From Mytilus trossulus (Eukaryota): a DNA stretch of 64,000 nt. Each line of letters begins with the position of its first letter. Positions within the stretch are counted from its first letter, which is position 1. Positions 24,481-36,115 of the stretch are shown piece by piece. The stretch is taken from NCBI RefSeq assembly GCF_036588685.1, contig NC_086386.1, forward strand, positions 21,576,001 to 21,640,000. Reading direction: 5' to 3'. The position numbers were made by a program, and so were the translations under genes. Under the pieces are notes generated by a model. That model did no database searches, was not told the DNA's origin, and saw nothing but the letters and a program-made list of their open reading frames with translations.

Positions 24481-25391
24481 TTAATTGAGGATATTTCGAT
24501 GGAGTTGCTTATATTCCTTGATGCTGATGTGTTCCCCTTTCTTTATGGCATCGAGGATCGCCATAATCGCGTTGCGCACACCATTGTTTCCAGCACGGTA
24601 TGCAGTGTTGCACAGATCCAAGCGATAGAGGAGCTGGTCAAAGTCGGAGGGTAGAAACACGGTTTGAAGTCCGCTACAATGCTTATTTTGCTTCTTTAGT
24701 TGTGAGACACAATCTTCGTCCACTTTTAGATCTTTATCGCCTTAGGGTTCTCGAGAGGGTTAATTGCCTTGATACATGGCACCGGAACTGGGACAACATC
24801 CCTAATGCGCCTTGAAATGAGGAACTCAAAAGTCACGTGTAAAGCAAAAATCTCTGTGTAGTGATATTGGACATGTTTCTATTTTTAGCAAGTGACTGAA
24901 CTTATAATTGTTTGTGGTGATTAGAAAAATAGAGGAACATAGAACGAATGTATAAAAACTATGGAGCTATTGAATGTGTTCAAAGTATTAAATTTTCAAA
25001 GAACTTATTGTGTTAAAAATGGGATATTTTACCACAAGGAGCCGCATCACAAAAGGTTGTTCGGGGTTTGCTAATTTACGGAAAAAGTTATCTCACTTCG
25101 TACCCCGAAAATTTAACCACATGTGTGAAAATGTCACAGCTTCGAAACGAGCTATCATACATATCCAAGTTAACGATATGGACTGAGCTACAGGAAAAAT
25201 CGTTACCATTACCGCCTATGTAAAAACAATTTAAGATTTTGACCCAACTGTTCAGGAATTTCTGGAGAGTCGACAAGGTCTTTTCGAGGCGATGCTGCAT
25301 GTTATTGGCTTGAATCTTCCGCTTGATCTCTTGCAACTCCCAGGCGAGCGCCTCACACTGTTTAGGGTCTGTTATCTTTATAAACGTTCAT
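24481..25391 (-). pseudogene. Decayed conserved Polinton ORF, interrupted by an AT-rich segment at ~24840-25130
   Basis: N-terminus (frameshifted) FIKITDPKQCEALAWELQEIKRKIQ; C-terminus SGLQTVFLPSDFDQLLYRLDL..AGNNGVRNAIMAILDAI, matching the PxDPxxLxxRLxL..AGN motif of Maverick-family proteins. Confidence 0.65.
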
Positions 25392-25823
25392 TTATTCAAA
25401 GCGTTGACGTGAACCTTCCTAAGTGAAGGGTTGAATACCTGTAAGCGTTTGTTTGAACGCCCCTAAGCGTTGGTTTGAACAGTTGTACCTTTCATGAAAT
25501 TATAGGCATATATCTATCGAAAGGTTAAAAAAAAACACATGCATTTTTGCTCGTTTTTCCATAAATTGAATTGAAAAGTTCGAGCGATAAATATTTGTTG
25601 ATAAACACTACAATAATTAATGGACCTATGGGTGGTACGGATAGAAAAAATACGGACTGTCAAACAGATAAATACCATATAAAACATGCTAAAAACAATC
25701 TAAATGTTCATATAACCCCACTAAGGAGGCTATATTATTCTTCAATTATCTAAAAATCTACTAAGTATTTCATTGTACAAAAACTTTCATATTTAAAAAA
25801 GTCACCATGGCCATAATGCGACA

Positions 25824-27020
25824 CTAAACTTCTAACTGTGTATTGCTACAGAACCTTATCGTTTTTTGTTTCAACCTTATCGGTAAATCAAAGCACTCAA
25901 AGTCCGCGTACACTACGAAAGGGACTCTCATCGGGTGGGTGTTGTTGACAAAAGTCAGCTGGTATGTTTTTTTTTTGGCAGCTCTGATTATGACTGCCTT
26001 GTGGTTGACGCAACACTCTTTGTTGGTTTCCAGAACTTCCTTGCTATAAACGTGGTTCAAGCACATGTAGCCTTCGATCAGCAGTAAGTTGGGTTCTCTC
26101 TCCCTCTGTTCAACAACGTTTGAAATGTGCAGCGGGTATACTTCACTATCATCTATTCTAAATACATTAACCGCCAGGGTGGAATTGGTCTTCTCAACTT
26201 AATTAATATCCTTAAGGCTTACCAGATTGAGCTCTGTGTAACACTGTCCGGTTGTTTTGGTCTACCTGCAAGGCCGAAAGTATGGCCCACTTGAAACACT
26301 CCTCGTCGTTATTTTTCACATTGATTACAGCCTTCTTGGATTTGATCCATGCTTGCTAATCAATGTACTGTGACCTACCCAGCGGTCGTTGGTAATATTG
26401 ACTTGAAATTTTACAATTGCTTTCGATGTCCAGTCACTTTTGTCAGAGGTCCACTGTGCAATCTTCTCTCCGATCTTTTCATCCATCTTCTCAATGGTTT
26501 CAAGCAAGTCCGTGGTTGAGGGGAAAATCTGGTTTCCCGAGTGAAAGTATCCCACATTCTCATCATCCATCTTACCTGTTGGGTTAATCTTCACAGTGCA
26601 GCATTACATTGACTTGTTATCCTTTCAATGCCCAATCGTCTATAAGTTCCACCCTTGACATCTGAGAGACCTCAAGGAAGGTCTTCACATCCATCTTTCA
26701 GGTAGTAAATACATCTTTAAAGGCTTTCTTCAGTTGATGTACCTCAATTTTATCCCCAATGATTTCCTATCTTCTCTGATCTGTTCCTGTAACTTCTCCA
26801 GTAGTCGATCTTTCGACATCCTGCTAACCTCTATCAACTCATGCTGTTTGGCTTGGGTGATAATATCCTTCTTAGTATAGGGTTGGGACAACGCTAAAAA
26901 AATGTTGGTCTTCGTTACGATCAACTGATCCAACTGATCCTTCCTCATCCGGAAGTACCATCGGCGGTGGTTCATTTTGGCAATTCCACTCAGGGCTTTG
27001 ACGTTTTCAACAACTAATTC
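25824..27020 (-). pseudogene. 5' remnant of Polinton protein-primed DNA polymerase B; catalytic domain deleted
   Basis: Two Rho-N/HeH-like repeats (YFRMRKDQL; VSRMSKDRLLEKL); GYFHS..SDW..VNI; KKAVINVKNNDEECFKWAILSAL; LAVNVF; CLNH..C..H; VPFVVYADFEC (exonuclease I motif), then homology stops. Confidence 0.8.
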
Positions 27021-27340
27021 CAGCTATTAATAGCTATTGGATCGACGTCTTAATCTTTATAACAATCCAAAATAAAATCAATTTGTCTCACCCAAAACCA
27101 ATATCCACGATTAAATGGTTTTTAGACCCAGCTTTTGATCTTTCGATCCTATCGTCCATATCAAAATATATAAAATTCGTGGTAACCATAACCGGTGCGC
27201 CTGGTTTTTTTCATCCCATAGCTCACAATTTGCCGAGCTCAATCGGTCTCTCTCTTTGTCAAGACGGTGGTCAGCTGCTTGTTTAATCTCTCACAACACC
27301 AAGTAGGGATGGTTGCCCCCTTCCAACATCAGGTTATAAT

Positions 27341-28190
27341 GTCTGCCTACCTATTAACTAAATGTCTGCTTAGTAATACAAAGATTGAGAGATTAGAGGG
27401 CCATCACCATTGCCCTGTGCCCTTTGTCCTAAAATTCTGATTATTTCGGCTAAAATGTGACAATATAAGCCCTCCATATATATCGAATATGACAATATTC
27501 TGGGAAATCCTTCTAATACAACCTTCATATATACATAGTCTATGATTTTATTAAATTTTATAGACATTGAAAGATTAGGGGGGTCTCACCCTTATTAAAG
27601 CGGTCTCGGGTAGGTTTTCGCTATATATTTTGAATATCCAACTGGCACTTTGGGCGCTCCGTAAACATAGAAGACCGGAAGTGTACCTAAAGTCCTTCTA
27701 GTCACGTTTGTATCTACCTATTGACTAAATGTCTGCATAATATTAGAAAGATTGAGAGATCAGGGGGCTCTCACCATCACCCTGTGCCCTTTGTCCTAAA
27801 ATTTTGACATTTTTTGACTGAAAAGTGACAATCTTAGCCCTCCGTAGATATTGAAGATGACGTTTTTCTGAAAAATCCATCTAAAACAATCTTTATATAT
27901 ACAGGGTCAATGATTTGGTTGAGTTTTATGGACATTAAAAGACCAGGGGGGTCTCAACCTCATTTTAGCGGTCTCGGGTAGGTTTTCGCTATATATTTTG
28001 AATATCCAACTGGCACTTTGGGCGCGCCGTAAACATAGAAGACCGGAAGTGTACCTAAAGTCCTTCTAGTCACGTTTGTATCTACCTATTGACTAAATGT
28101 CTCTTAAATATTAGAAAGATTGAGAGATCAGGGGGCTCTCACCATCACCCTGTGCCCTTTGTCCTAAAATTTTGACATTTTTTGACTGAA
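27341..28190 (-). repeat. Inverted array of the same ~367-bp unit, ~2.3 copies, more diverged from the left-arm copies
   Basis: ACTAAATGTCT recurs at ~27357, ~27725 and ~28093; ORF 27370-27567 (-) is a diverged version of the 20507/20874 ORFs. Confidence 0.93.
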
Positions 28191-28597
28191 ATTTTGTTTT
28201 TTTGGCTTTCCATATATATTTCTATTTATAGTTATAAATATTTCTGGAGTTATTGGTTTTTCTTTTTGTCGTAAGAAATATTATACACAAAAGTACATCT
28301 TTGAAGTCTTTTTTGTGACAAAACTCTATGATACATACAGACAAATAAGTCGCACGGAAAAGGGTTTATATTCAAGGACAACGAGAAATTACGACAGCTT
28401 GAAAAGGTCATTTTATGATTCCTACGTATCTAATCAGTCCTTTTTACTATGAAAATCATGCGTTTTATGATATCAAGTATTTAATTTTCTTATGATTTTT
28501 CATTTAATTTTGAATATCAAACTGGCTGCTAGCAGCCGGTTGGATATTGAATATCGAATAACGAATAACGAACCGGCTGCTAACTTCACATACATCA
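28190..28597 (-). repeat. Right terminal inverted repeat, unique portion
   Basis: Reverse complement of 19330-19740; ends ...CACATACATCA followed by CTTAA. Confidence 0.9.
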
Positions 28598-29735
28598 CTT
28601 AATGTATCTACACTTAATGTATCTAAATCCAAATAAGCGCTTTGGAGACACAATTAAGGTTTAAACTAATATTGCATGATACTAGCAGTGGGTTAATATA
28701 TATCACTGCGGGTGGTATATCAGTCCCTAAGTGTAGCATCAGCTCATGATAAGTTAGTTCGAGTTTCGGAACAGACGTTATTTATCATATAAGTATTATT
28801 CGTCGATCATTGTCAGATGTCATTTGTAAACTCTCTACATGTGCACTTCATAACAAATTGAACAAAACTATGCAGGGATATTTTGCTTATAAAACTTCCT
28901 CATTTCGTTTATGATCGATTGATTTATTGATTGTTGTTATTTGATTCGAGTCCAGTGGCAAATGGTGTTTGTATGATAAAGACAAGAACGAATTTACAAT
29001 TTACAATGATTACAACAGTGGGAACAGGTAGGTTCTGTGGGAAGGGATCGGTTGGGGTGAGAGACAGCAAATTTGAACAGTCAGTGAAAATGAGAGACGA
29101 AAGAGGACAACGCCATGACTAAAAAAGAAAAGGACAAACAAACAACAGACAACAAATCACAACATAGAAAATTAAAGTAACACGAACCCCACAAAAAACT
29201 GGTTACCCGTCTAGTTTCACATATCGAATAAAAAAAAATGGGAATACGTCTCATTTGGTAGGTCACATTCAGGGAAAAGAAAGCGCTTGTAGTTACGACA
29301 TTAGGATCATATCCACTATAATCTGTGAAACGATTATTCCATAACGGTCAATCAGCTCGTAACGGCGTCCGTATCATTTACGAAGGTATGGTTGAAAAAT
29401 TAGGATATGTTGGATAACCAAAGGTATTTTGATTTAAAACTTAATTTTCTGCCGAATGGGAAAAGCTTCCGTGCTTCATACAAAATGTACATCGGTCAAC
29501 ATTTTAAAATACACACAATAAATTTACAAAAAGAAGCATGTGATTTTTAAATCCAACTCGTGATTGCGTCCACAGTTAAACAAATTGAAAGTTACAAGTG
29601 ATAAATTCAGGCCAATCTTATTCGCGTCGGTTCATTTAATATCTTAGCCGTATTTGGCAAAACTTTTTTGGAATTTTGGGTGCTCAATGCTTTTCAACTT
29701 TGTACTTGTTTGGCTTTTTAACTGTTTTGATATGA

Positions 29736-29779
29736 GCGTCACTTATGATTCTTATGTAGACGAAACGCGAGTCTGACGT
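29736..29779 (+). ncRNA. Degenerate, probably inactive, minimal type I hammerhead ribozyme within a Penelope-type repeat (~29640-29820)
   Basis: GCGTCA-CTTATGA-TTCTTATGTAGAC-GAAA-CGCGAGTC-TGACGT: stem I pairs, GAAA and GUC present, but CUGAUGA is mutated to CUUAUGA and stems II/III carry mismatches. The 3' half of another copy is on the minus strand at ~35165-35223. Confidence 0.55.
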
Positions 29780-30529
29780 ATTTAATTATAGAGGCCTCAT
29801 TATAATCCTGTTACATTTGACGTCGTTAGTCCGAGTCAACGTTGTTATGGTATGGTCAATGTATTTGATATTTTAAAAGCTTTTGTCATAAAAAGCTGAG
29901 CAGATTAATGCAAGCAGAAGGAAATGATCATCATTTTTGTTTATGGTTACCTTTTGTCATAATATAATAATTGAGCTTCGATAGACTTCGAAATCTTGTA
30001 TTTACGAGATCTAGTCTACTAAAATTATGTATTTATGAGCTAATATATACAGGAAGTTTATCGAGTTATAAGAGTTCATTGCTTAAATTAGTGCGTAGAA
30101 AAACAACGGTAGTCTGAAAATTAATGAAGTTGAAACATTCTGGTGTTATGGGCAATACCCTAGTCAGGCTTCTCGGTTGTAGGTCAAACTATTATTCACT
30201 TACATGTAACAGAACAGTCAAATAACCCGGGAAAACAGTAAATACGGAGTTTGACAACTACTGTATTGCATGGTGTATAAAAGTAACAAACTCAAAATCT
30301 GTCAATTTTACTAATCAAATATTAAAATATTTCAAATTCAACTAAGAAATAAGTACATTAACAGAATTGGTTTAACATCAGTCTACCTAGTAGACAATAA
30401 CATTCATTTTGCTAACAGAACAATCGTACAAATCATCTACATAGTAGATAACAAAAATCACTATCATTATATAAAGCATATATAATTAGTTCTTGTCAAT
30501 ACCTTATTGTTAAATCCTAAAGTTTTAAA

Positions 30530-30640
30530 GTTCAGAATGATATTGAATAGTATTAAAAATTTCAGAATGTTGTTGAATGATATTAAGAAATTCAGAATGA
30601 TATTAATATTATTAATAATATTAAGATTCAGAATGATATA
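30530..30640. repeat. Minisatellite, ~30-bp unit (TTCAGAATGATATTGAATA.TATTAA); resumes at ~30835-30900
   Basis: TTCAGAA(T) recurs four times here and twice more after a ~200-bp interruption. Confidence 0.7.
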
Positions 30641-31397
30641 GTCCTATAATATAAGACTCTGAAGGTTCATATCATTTACATTCAACGTTTTTTATCGGAT
30701 ATTTTTTTTTTTTTTGACTATCGATAGCTTAGTTAATTAATTAATTCGCTACGCTCACTCGACAAAAAGCTTCATATTATGTCTCGCAGCTGATTTTACA
30801 ATATCAACATGCAGATAACCTGATAATCGGTACATATTAAAATTCAGAAAGCTGTTAATATAATTAAAATTCAGAATGAAGTTGAATAATATTAAAAGTT
30901 TGTTTTGGTTTTGGGTTTTTTCCTATTGCTAAAATACCTGTTGGATTTTACTTTTAAAGAAAGCTTTTTTACAAATCTACGGTGAATAAAAAAGGGAAAT
31001 CACCACAACAACCGCAGACATGTATATTAATAGATCGTCTTGTAACTTTTGTCATCCGTCGGCCTTGTGCCTTTACTTTTCAAATTTCAAACACATTTTG
31101 ATTGTTACTCTTGTTTTGTTTTCTAAATCATGATTGCGATATGTCCTGTTGGAGGACTAGAAGATCTCACAGGCAAATGAGCGTGTAAGCAATCCGCATA
31201 ATTGAAAAACATCAAATCCATTATACCGGATGATCCCTTTGATTATTTTCTTGCTTTGGTTTTATGACATCAAAGTCTACTGGTTTAGCAAACATATAAC
31301 TGTGCAGTTTAACAGCAATTTGTGGTATCCTTTGCATTATATGTATTCAAACAAACGATAGACTTTCGAACCGTATCCTGTCTATGCTAAATTTTGT

Positions 31398-33991
31398 TTA
31401 TGTTTCCCAAATTTTGTTGTTCTGTACTAAGGTTCGTTTTGCTTTCTTTATCATTTTTCTGAGCACGTCCAGTTCAGATGTCACTAATTGGTCACAGAAA
31501 TGACGAGTCATTACGAACTCGGAGTTCCATTCTGATTTTTCTATTGTGCAGGAACGTTTTTTAATATTCCTGCAAAATTTGTGCACACTTGCAATTATTT
31601 TCTTAAAATGTCGTACTTCAGTATAAAAAGAATCATTCTGTTGAGTTATTTGATTTTCGAGACGTGTTTTGAAGAAGTCGTACAGTAAATTATCAGCATT
31701 GTTCAGATTCCTGACGATGTCTATGTCTTCTCTTGTCAGATTTGGTTTGACGGTATTCCGCCATATCCCTTTGTTAACCGGTTGATACAGTATATCTTGT
31801 ATATCCCAGCATAAGTACCTTCTCATCAAAACCAGAGATTCGTCGAAAAGCTCAGTTATGATTACAAGTTTGAAATCCTTATCAAGTTCCCGGATGTATT
31901 CTAGAACAAACGAAGTATTTGATGTTTTTGATTTGGGGATACCGAAGTCATACGACATTCCATTAGTAAAAGACCGCCCTATAGCATACTGTTGGTATAC
32001 CTTCTTCACTATAAATTCGTGTAAAAGCAAACTCCGTTTTATATTTGGAAATTTCCTCATAACAAGTTTATTAAAGCTGAAGTGGTAAAACGCAGACTTG
32101 AATACTGATAATGGATCACGAAGTATTCCGATGCGAACTGTGTCGTTTGGCATAATCTTCTCAAAATCTTGTTTATTATAAATTGCATGGTTGCAAAGAA
32201 TGTTATAAGACATATTTTTCGGTAAGCGAAGTACTGTTTCTTTCAACTTTAAATATTTAGATGATAGATAATTAAACATAGAGCCATTGTCTCTCTTTGG
32301 AAGAACCATATTTAAATTGTTGGCTTGTACAAATCTTGTAAAAATTCCCCATGCTGTTGTACTCCCTGTTTTGTGAACTTTTACGAATATCACATTTCTT
32401 TGTTTATTGCACGTGTTCTCTATCAATTCATTCGGCATATCGTCTGCGTACGATTTTCTTACAAAATATCGATCTGGTATTGCTTTAAAAGCTTTTGATG
32501 TCATTGCCCTCTTTTCTATTCCGTCCAAATTATGAGATGTCCACTGTATTTTCGAGTTAACATTTATATTGGATTTATGTATTATTACAAAAACCACAAT
32601 TACGAATAATCCGATTATCCTGAAATGTAAAAAAAATATATTTTAAAAACAATATGTTAAAATTCGAGTGCATTATCCATGAGAACAAAATAAGTAATTT
32701 AGCTTTAAAATGTATAAACTTATTTGTATGTTGTTACAGAAAAGACGGATAAGGTTTTCTATTTACTATTATCATTAATATACAAATTAATAATACCAAT
32801 TGTATACATATAGGTTAAGATGACCTTCTTTAACATTAAACTTCATTCATATGCAAGATTGTATTTTTCTATAACCTGCTGTTGCGTAAATCTGGACCAT
32901 AGCATACAATTAAGTTAACCTCATTCATGAAATATTTAGGTCAAGTCGTGAAAATTTTAACATAATCAAGAACATTTTACCATAAAAAAAACTACCAATG
33001 AAATTATAAAATAATATCTGAAATATGTTTCCTCTTAAACTGACAAAATTATTGAGTATTGTCATATGAAAAACTAATAACTTTCAGATTTATATTAATC
33101 TAGCTATATCGTCAATATGTATCGCTTCATTTTAAGTCGATTAATATCGAGATATTTTAGTCGATTAATATGGGTCATACCAGTCGATTAAAATGGGTCA
33201 TATATCGAGTTACTTCACTTGTGAATGTGTATCAATTAGTCGATTATTCTTGTTCTGCGATTTTGGATTCTTATTGACTATATATAAATATATTCATTCA
33301 AATTGTTTTTAATTCCCAGTCTTTGTAAGAAGATTATCATAACATGGTTGAAACGAACCTAGTACCGACATAACCATCCTATTTTGAAGGTCTTTCGTTT
33401 CTATGGGTCTGTCAATTCGTGTAATATCTAGTTAACTCTTGGTAAGCAAATTACGGAGTTATCTACCCTTATTGTTTATTTCTAGTACATTTCAACCAAA
33501 TTATATGTTGAAATAACAAAACAGGAAAAAGAAACGATTATAGGACCATAAGTGTTTATCCTTATATCAATTATACATTTAAGTTCTGCGTTAGTGTGTT
33601 AAAATGGTTAATCTAAATTTTAAAATTCCAAACCAAACATGTGTTTTTATGAAAGGTTTATTGTAATTTGTAATATCAAAATGTCAGACTTAAAAAAATA
33701 CCAGTTATTAATAGATAACGTTCCTCAAAATGTAAAACGTCACAACATACACGCGCATTTCAGATATCAATATAACAAACGATTTGGAAGATATACAAAT
33801 ATTAGAAAAATCGCCACGTCTATATCATTGTGCCCGCCAATTGACAATGTATTTTTTTCAAATCTCAACCAGAAGCGACACGGGGTTTTGGAAGTCGAAT
33901 CTTAATATTTGGAAGATAATATAATTACTAAAACTAGACAATTTACTTACTTCCATGCTGAAAGCAATTTTTTCCAGTACACTAAAAGCAT
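31398..33991 (-). CDS. Galactose-3-O-sulfotransferase family (GAL3ST-like) type II Golgi protein; exons 33991-33951 and 32619-31398, ~420 aa
   Basis: 5'-PSB motif IFVKVHKTGSTT; YNILCNH; 3'-PB ILRDPLSVFKSAFY; ITELFDESLVLMRRYLCW; NNADNLLYDFF. A phase-2 intron (AA|gtaagt...tttcag|G) gives MLLVYWKKLLSAWKIIGLFVIVVFVII, a signal anchor. Confidence 0.92.
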
Positions 33992-34576
33992 TCTGTAGTC
34001 ATTTGTAAAATGAACTTTTTTCACTTTTCATCTGTTACCATATTAAATAAGATTTTCTCTTAGTTATTTATTTGCCGACGTAATTACAGTTTTATTAGAG
34101 TTATTCTTATTTATGCATTATTTACACACTTGTAATGGTTATCAAGCTAAACTGACAGTATAACGACCTACCACTATTAATAAAGATGTATTTAGTCAAT
34201 AGCTGGACAATATGTCACAAAGTTGTATTGATGCGGACCAATGCTGTGACGGAAGTTTTATATGTAAAATAAATCAATGCCACCAATTCGAAAAAAGGGA
34301 TTTTTTTCTCGAAAAATATGCGATGAATCATCTAGTCACGACCCGTATTCGCCGTTTTAATGGTCATATTCTTCTTGAAATTCTTTATTGCTTCTCTGTA
34401 TTAACTTCTTGCAGCACTTTTAAGAAGGGAAAACATATAAAAGATATAAACCTTTTTTTCATTTTTGAAAACAAAGAAATAAAAAAAGAATCGCTGTCTT
34501 TTCTGATGGGACTTTTAAACGAATTCCGAAGAATTTTGCACATCTATTAACTTTTCAAAATTATACATTGTAATTG

Positions 34577-34787
34577 GTGTACGTACTTATGAACATGTCG
34601 TGTACATACTTATGAACATGCAGTGTACGTACTTATGATCAGTGTACATATATATACTTATGATTATGCAGTGAACGTAGTAATGATCAGTGTACATATA
34701 AACTTATGATTATGCAGTGTACATACTTATGATCAGTGTACATACTTATAATTATGCAATGTACGTATTTATAACCAGTGTATGTAT
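34577..34787. repeat. Minisatellite with ~19-25-bp units (CAGTGTAC.TACTTATGA[TTATG])
   Basis: About 10 copies of GTGTAC.TACTTATGA; long and short variants roughly alternate. Confidence 0.85.
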
Positions 34788-35751
34788 AGTTCCAAACTTT
34801 ATTAAAATATAATATATAAAAACAATTACTTTTATTCATTTAGCCAGGTTTAACCTACCGGTCAAATCCCACGTATAAAGGTGGATCAAACAGAGGGCTG
34901 TGTATAAAAATAAATGATTTTCTATCGGAAAGTAAAAGTGATTGTTTAGATTTTTTTGTGCATTGGATACTTGACACTTAGAAAACAAATTGACACAAGA
35001 GGGTACGTCTTTAGTGCATTTGATTCCTTCTTTTGCAAAAAGGTAGAAATCTAAAGCTTAATGTATCTAAAGTATGATATTGATAATGAAAAATATCAGA
35101 TTACGAAGTACGTGTAGATGAGAAATATAAACCACAACTATTGGAAAATTGCTGTATTTTCTTCAATAGTTATCAAAGATACCCCATGATTATAATTTAG
35201 TACGCCAGACGCGCGTTTCGTCTTCAAATATGATAGAAAAGGCATTGCATATCAAGGAGAATCTATGAAGTCATGTAATGCTATTATGTATTGAATTAGT
35301 TTTAATAAAAAGAGAAATATCAGTAATTGTTAATGCGACTGCAACTGAACTGCACACGTTCACTGAAATGGAGACCTAGAGGTCATTAAATAGAAGTATT
35401 CAACTATTGACCATCGGTCACATATACCAAATACAAAATCTAATTTAGCGATGTCATGTACTTTAAAATTACAACATTACAATGGCTACGACAAATAACA
35501 TATCAATTGTGACACAAATTTTCTATAAAGGCCAACCAAATCCTTATTGCTAACTTTCAACATATTTGAAGTGCATGATGGCTTCAACATGGCCATTATA
35601 GAAACTATTTGTTCCTTGTAAATAGCAACCATGTATCAAGGAAGTCATCATGGAAATGCAGATCCTAGAACATTTAAATAAAATGCAATGTGCAAGTGAT
35701 TTTACTTTATTTTTTCAAAGGAAAACTCACAACGGGAAAATGAAATATTAA

Positions 35752-36115
35752 AACGAAGATATGGTATGATTGCCAATGAGACAACTATCCACAAAAGACC
35801 AAAAATGACACAGACATTAACAACTATATGTCACTGTACGGCCTTCAACAATGAGCAAAGCCCATATCGCATAGTCAGCTATAAAAGGCCCCGATAAGAC
35901 AATGCAAAACAATTCAAACGAGAAAGCTAACGGCCTTATTTATGTAAAAAAAATTAACGAAAAACAAGACCCGTTGGTGTCCTTCTGCTGTTGTTTTTTT
36001 CTATGGTCGGGTTGTTGTCTCTTTGATACATTCCCCATTTCCATTCTCAATTTTATGTAACACATAAACATACGACAACCACTGAATTACAGGCTCCTGA
36101 CTTTGGACAGGCACA
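35752..36115 (+). mobile_element. Interspersed repeat copy containing a nested ~87-bp fragment of another repeat end (35968-36054)
   Basis: Collinear with 51222-51500 apart from the insert, which matches 50586-50674. Confidence 0.8.

Larger units (their letters stand above)
19330..28597 (-). mobile_element. Non-autonomous, internally deleted Polinton/Maverick (adintovirus-like) element, ~9.3 kb
   Basis: Inverted termini TGATGTGTGTGAAGTTAGCAGCCGGTTCG / CGAACCGGCTGCTAACTTCACATACATCA; CTTAA on both flanks (19325-19329, 28598-28602); interior holds decayed pPolB, capsid and core-protein motifs, all on the minus strand. Confidence 0.85.

Noticed and set aside
23281-24815. Plus-strand ORFs of 66-176 aa inside the Polinton
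   Set aside because: They are antisense to decayed capsid and core genes in GC-richer sequence and have no recognisable motifs.
19326-28602. piggyBac or Kolobok interpretation of the large element because TTAA flanks both ends
   Set aside because: Ends defined by TTAA are asymmetric by one base, lack CC..GG or RR..YY termini, and no such transposase remnant is present.
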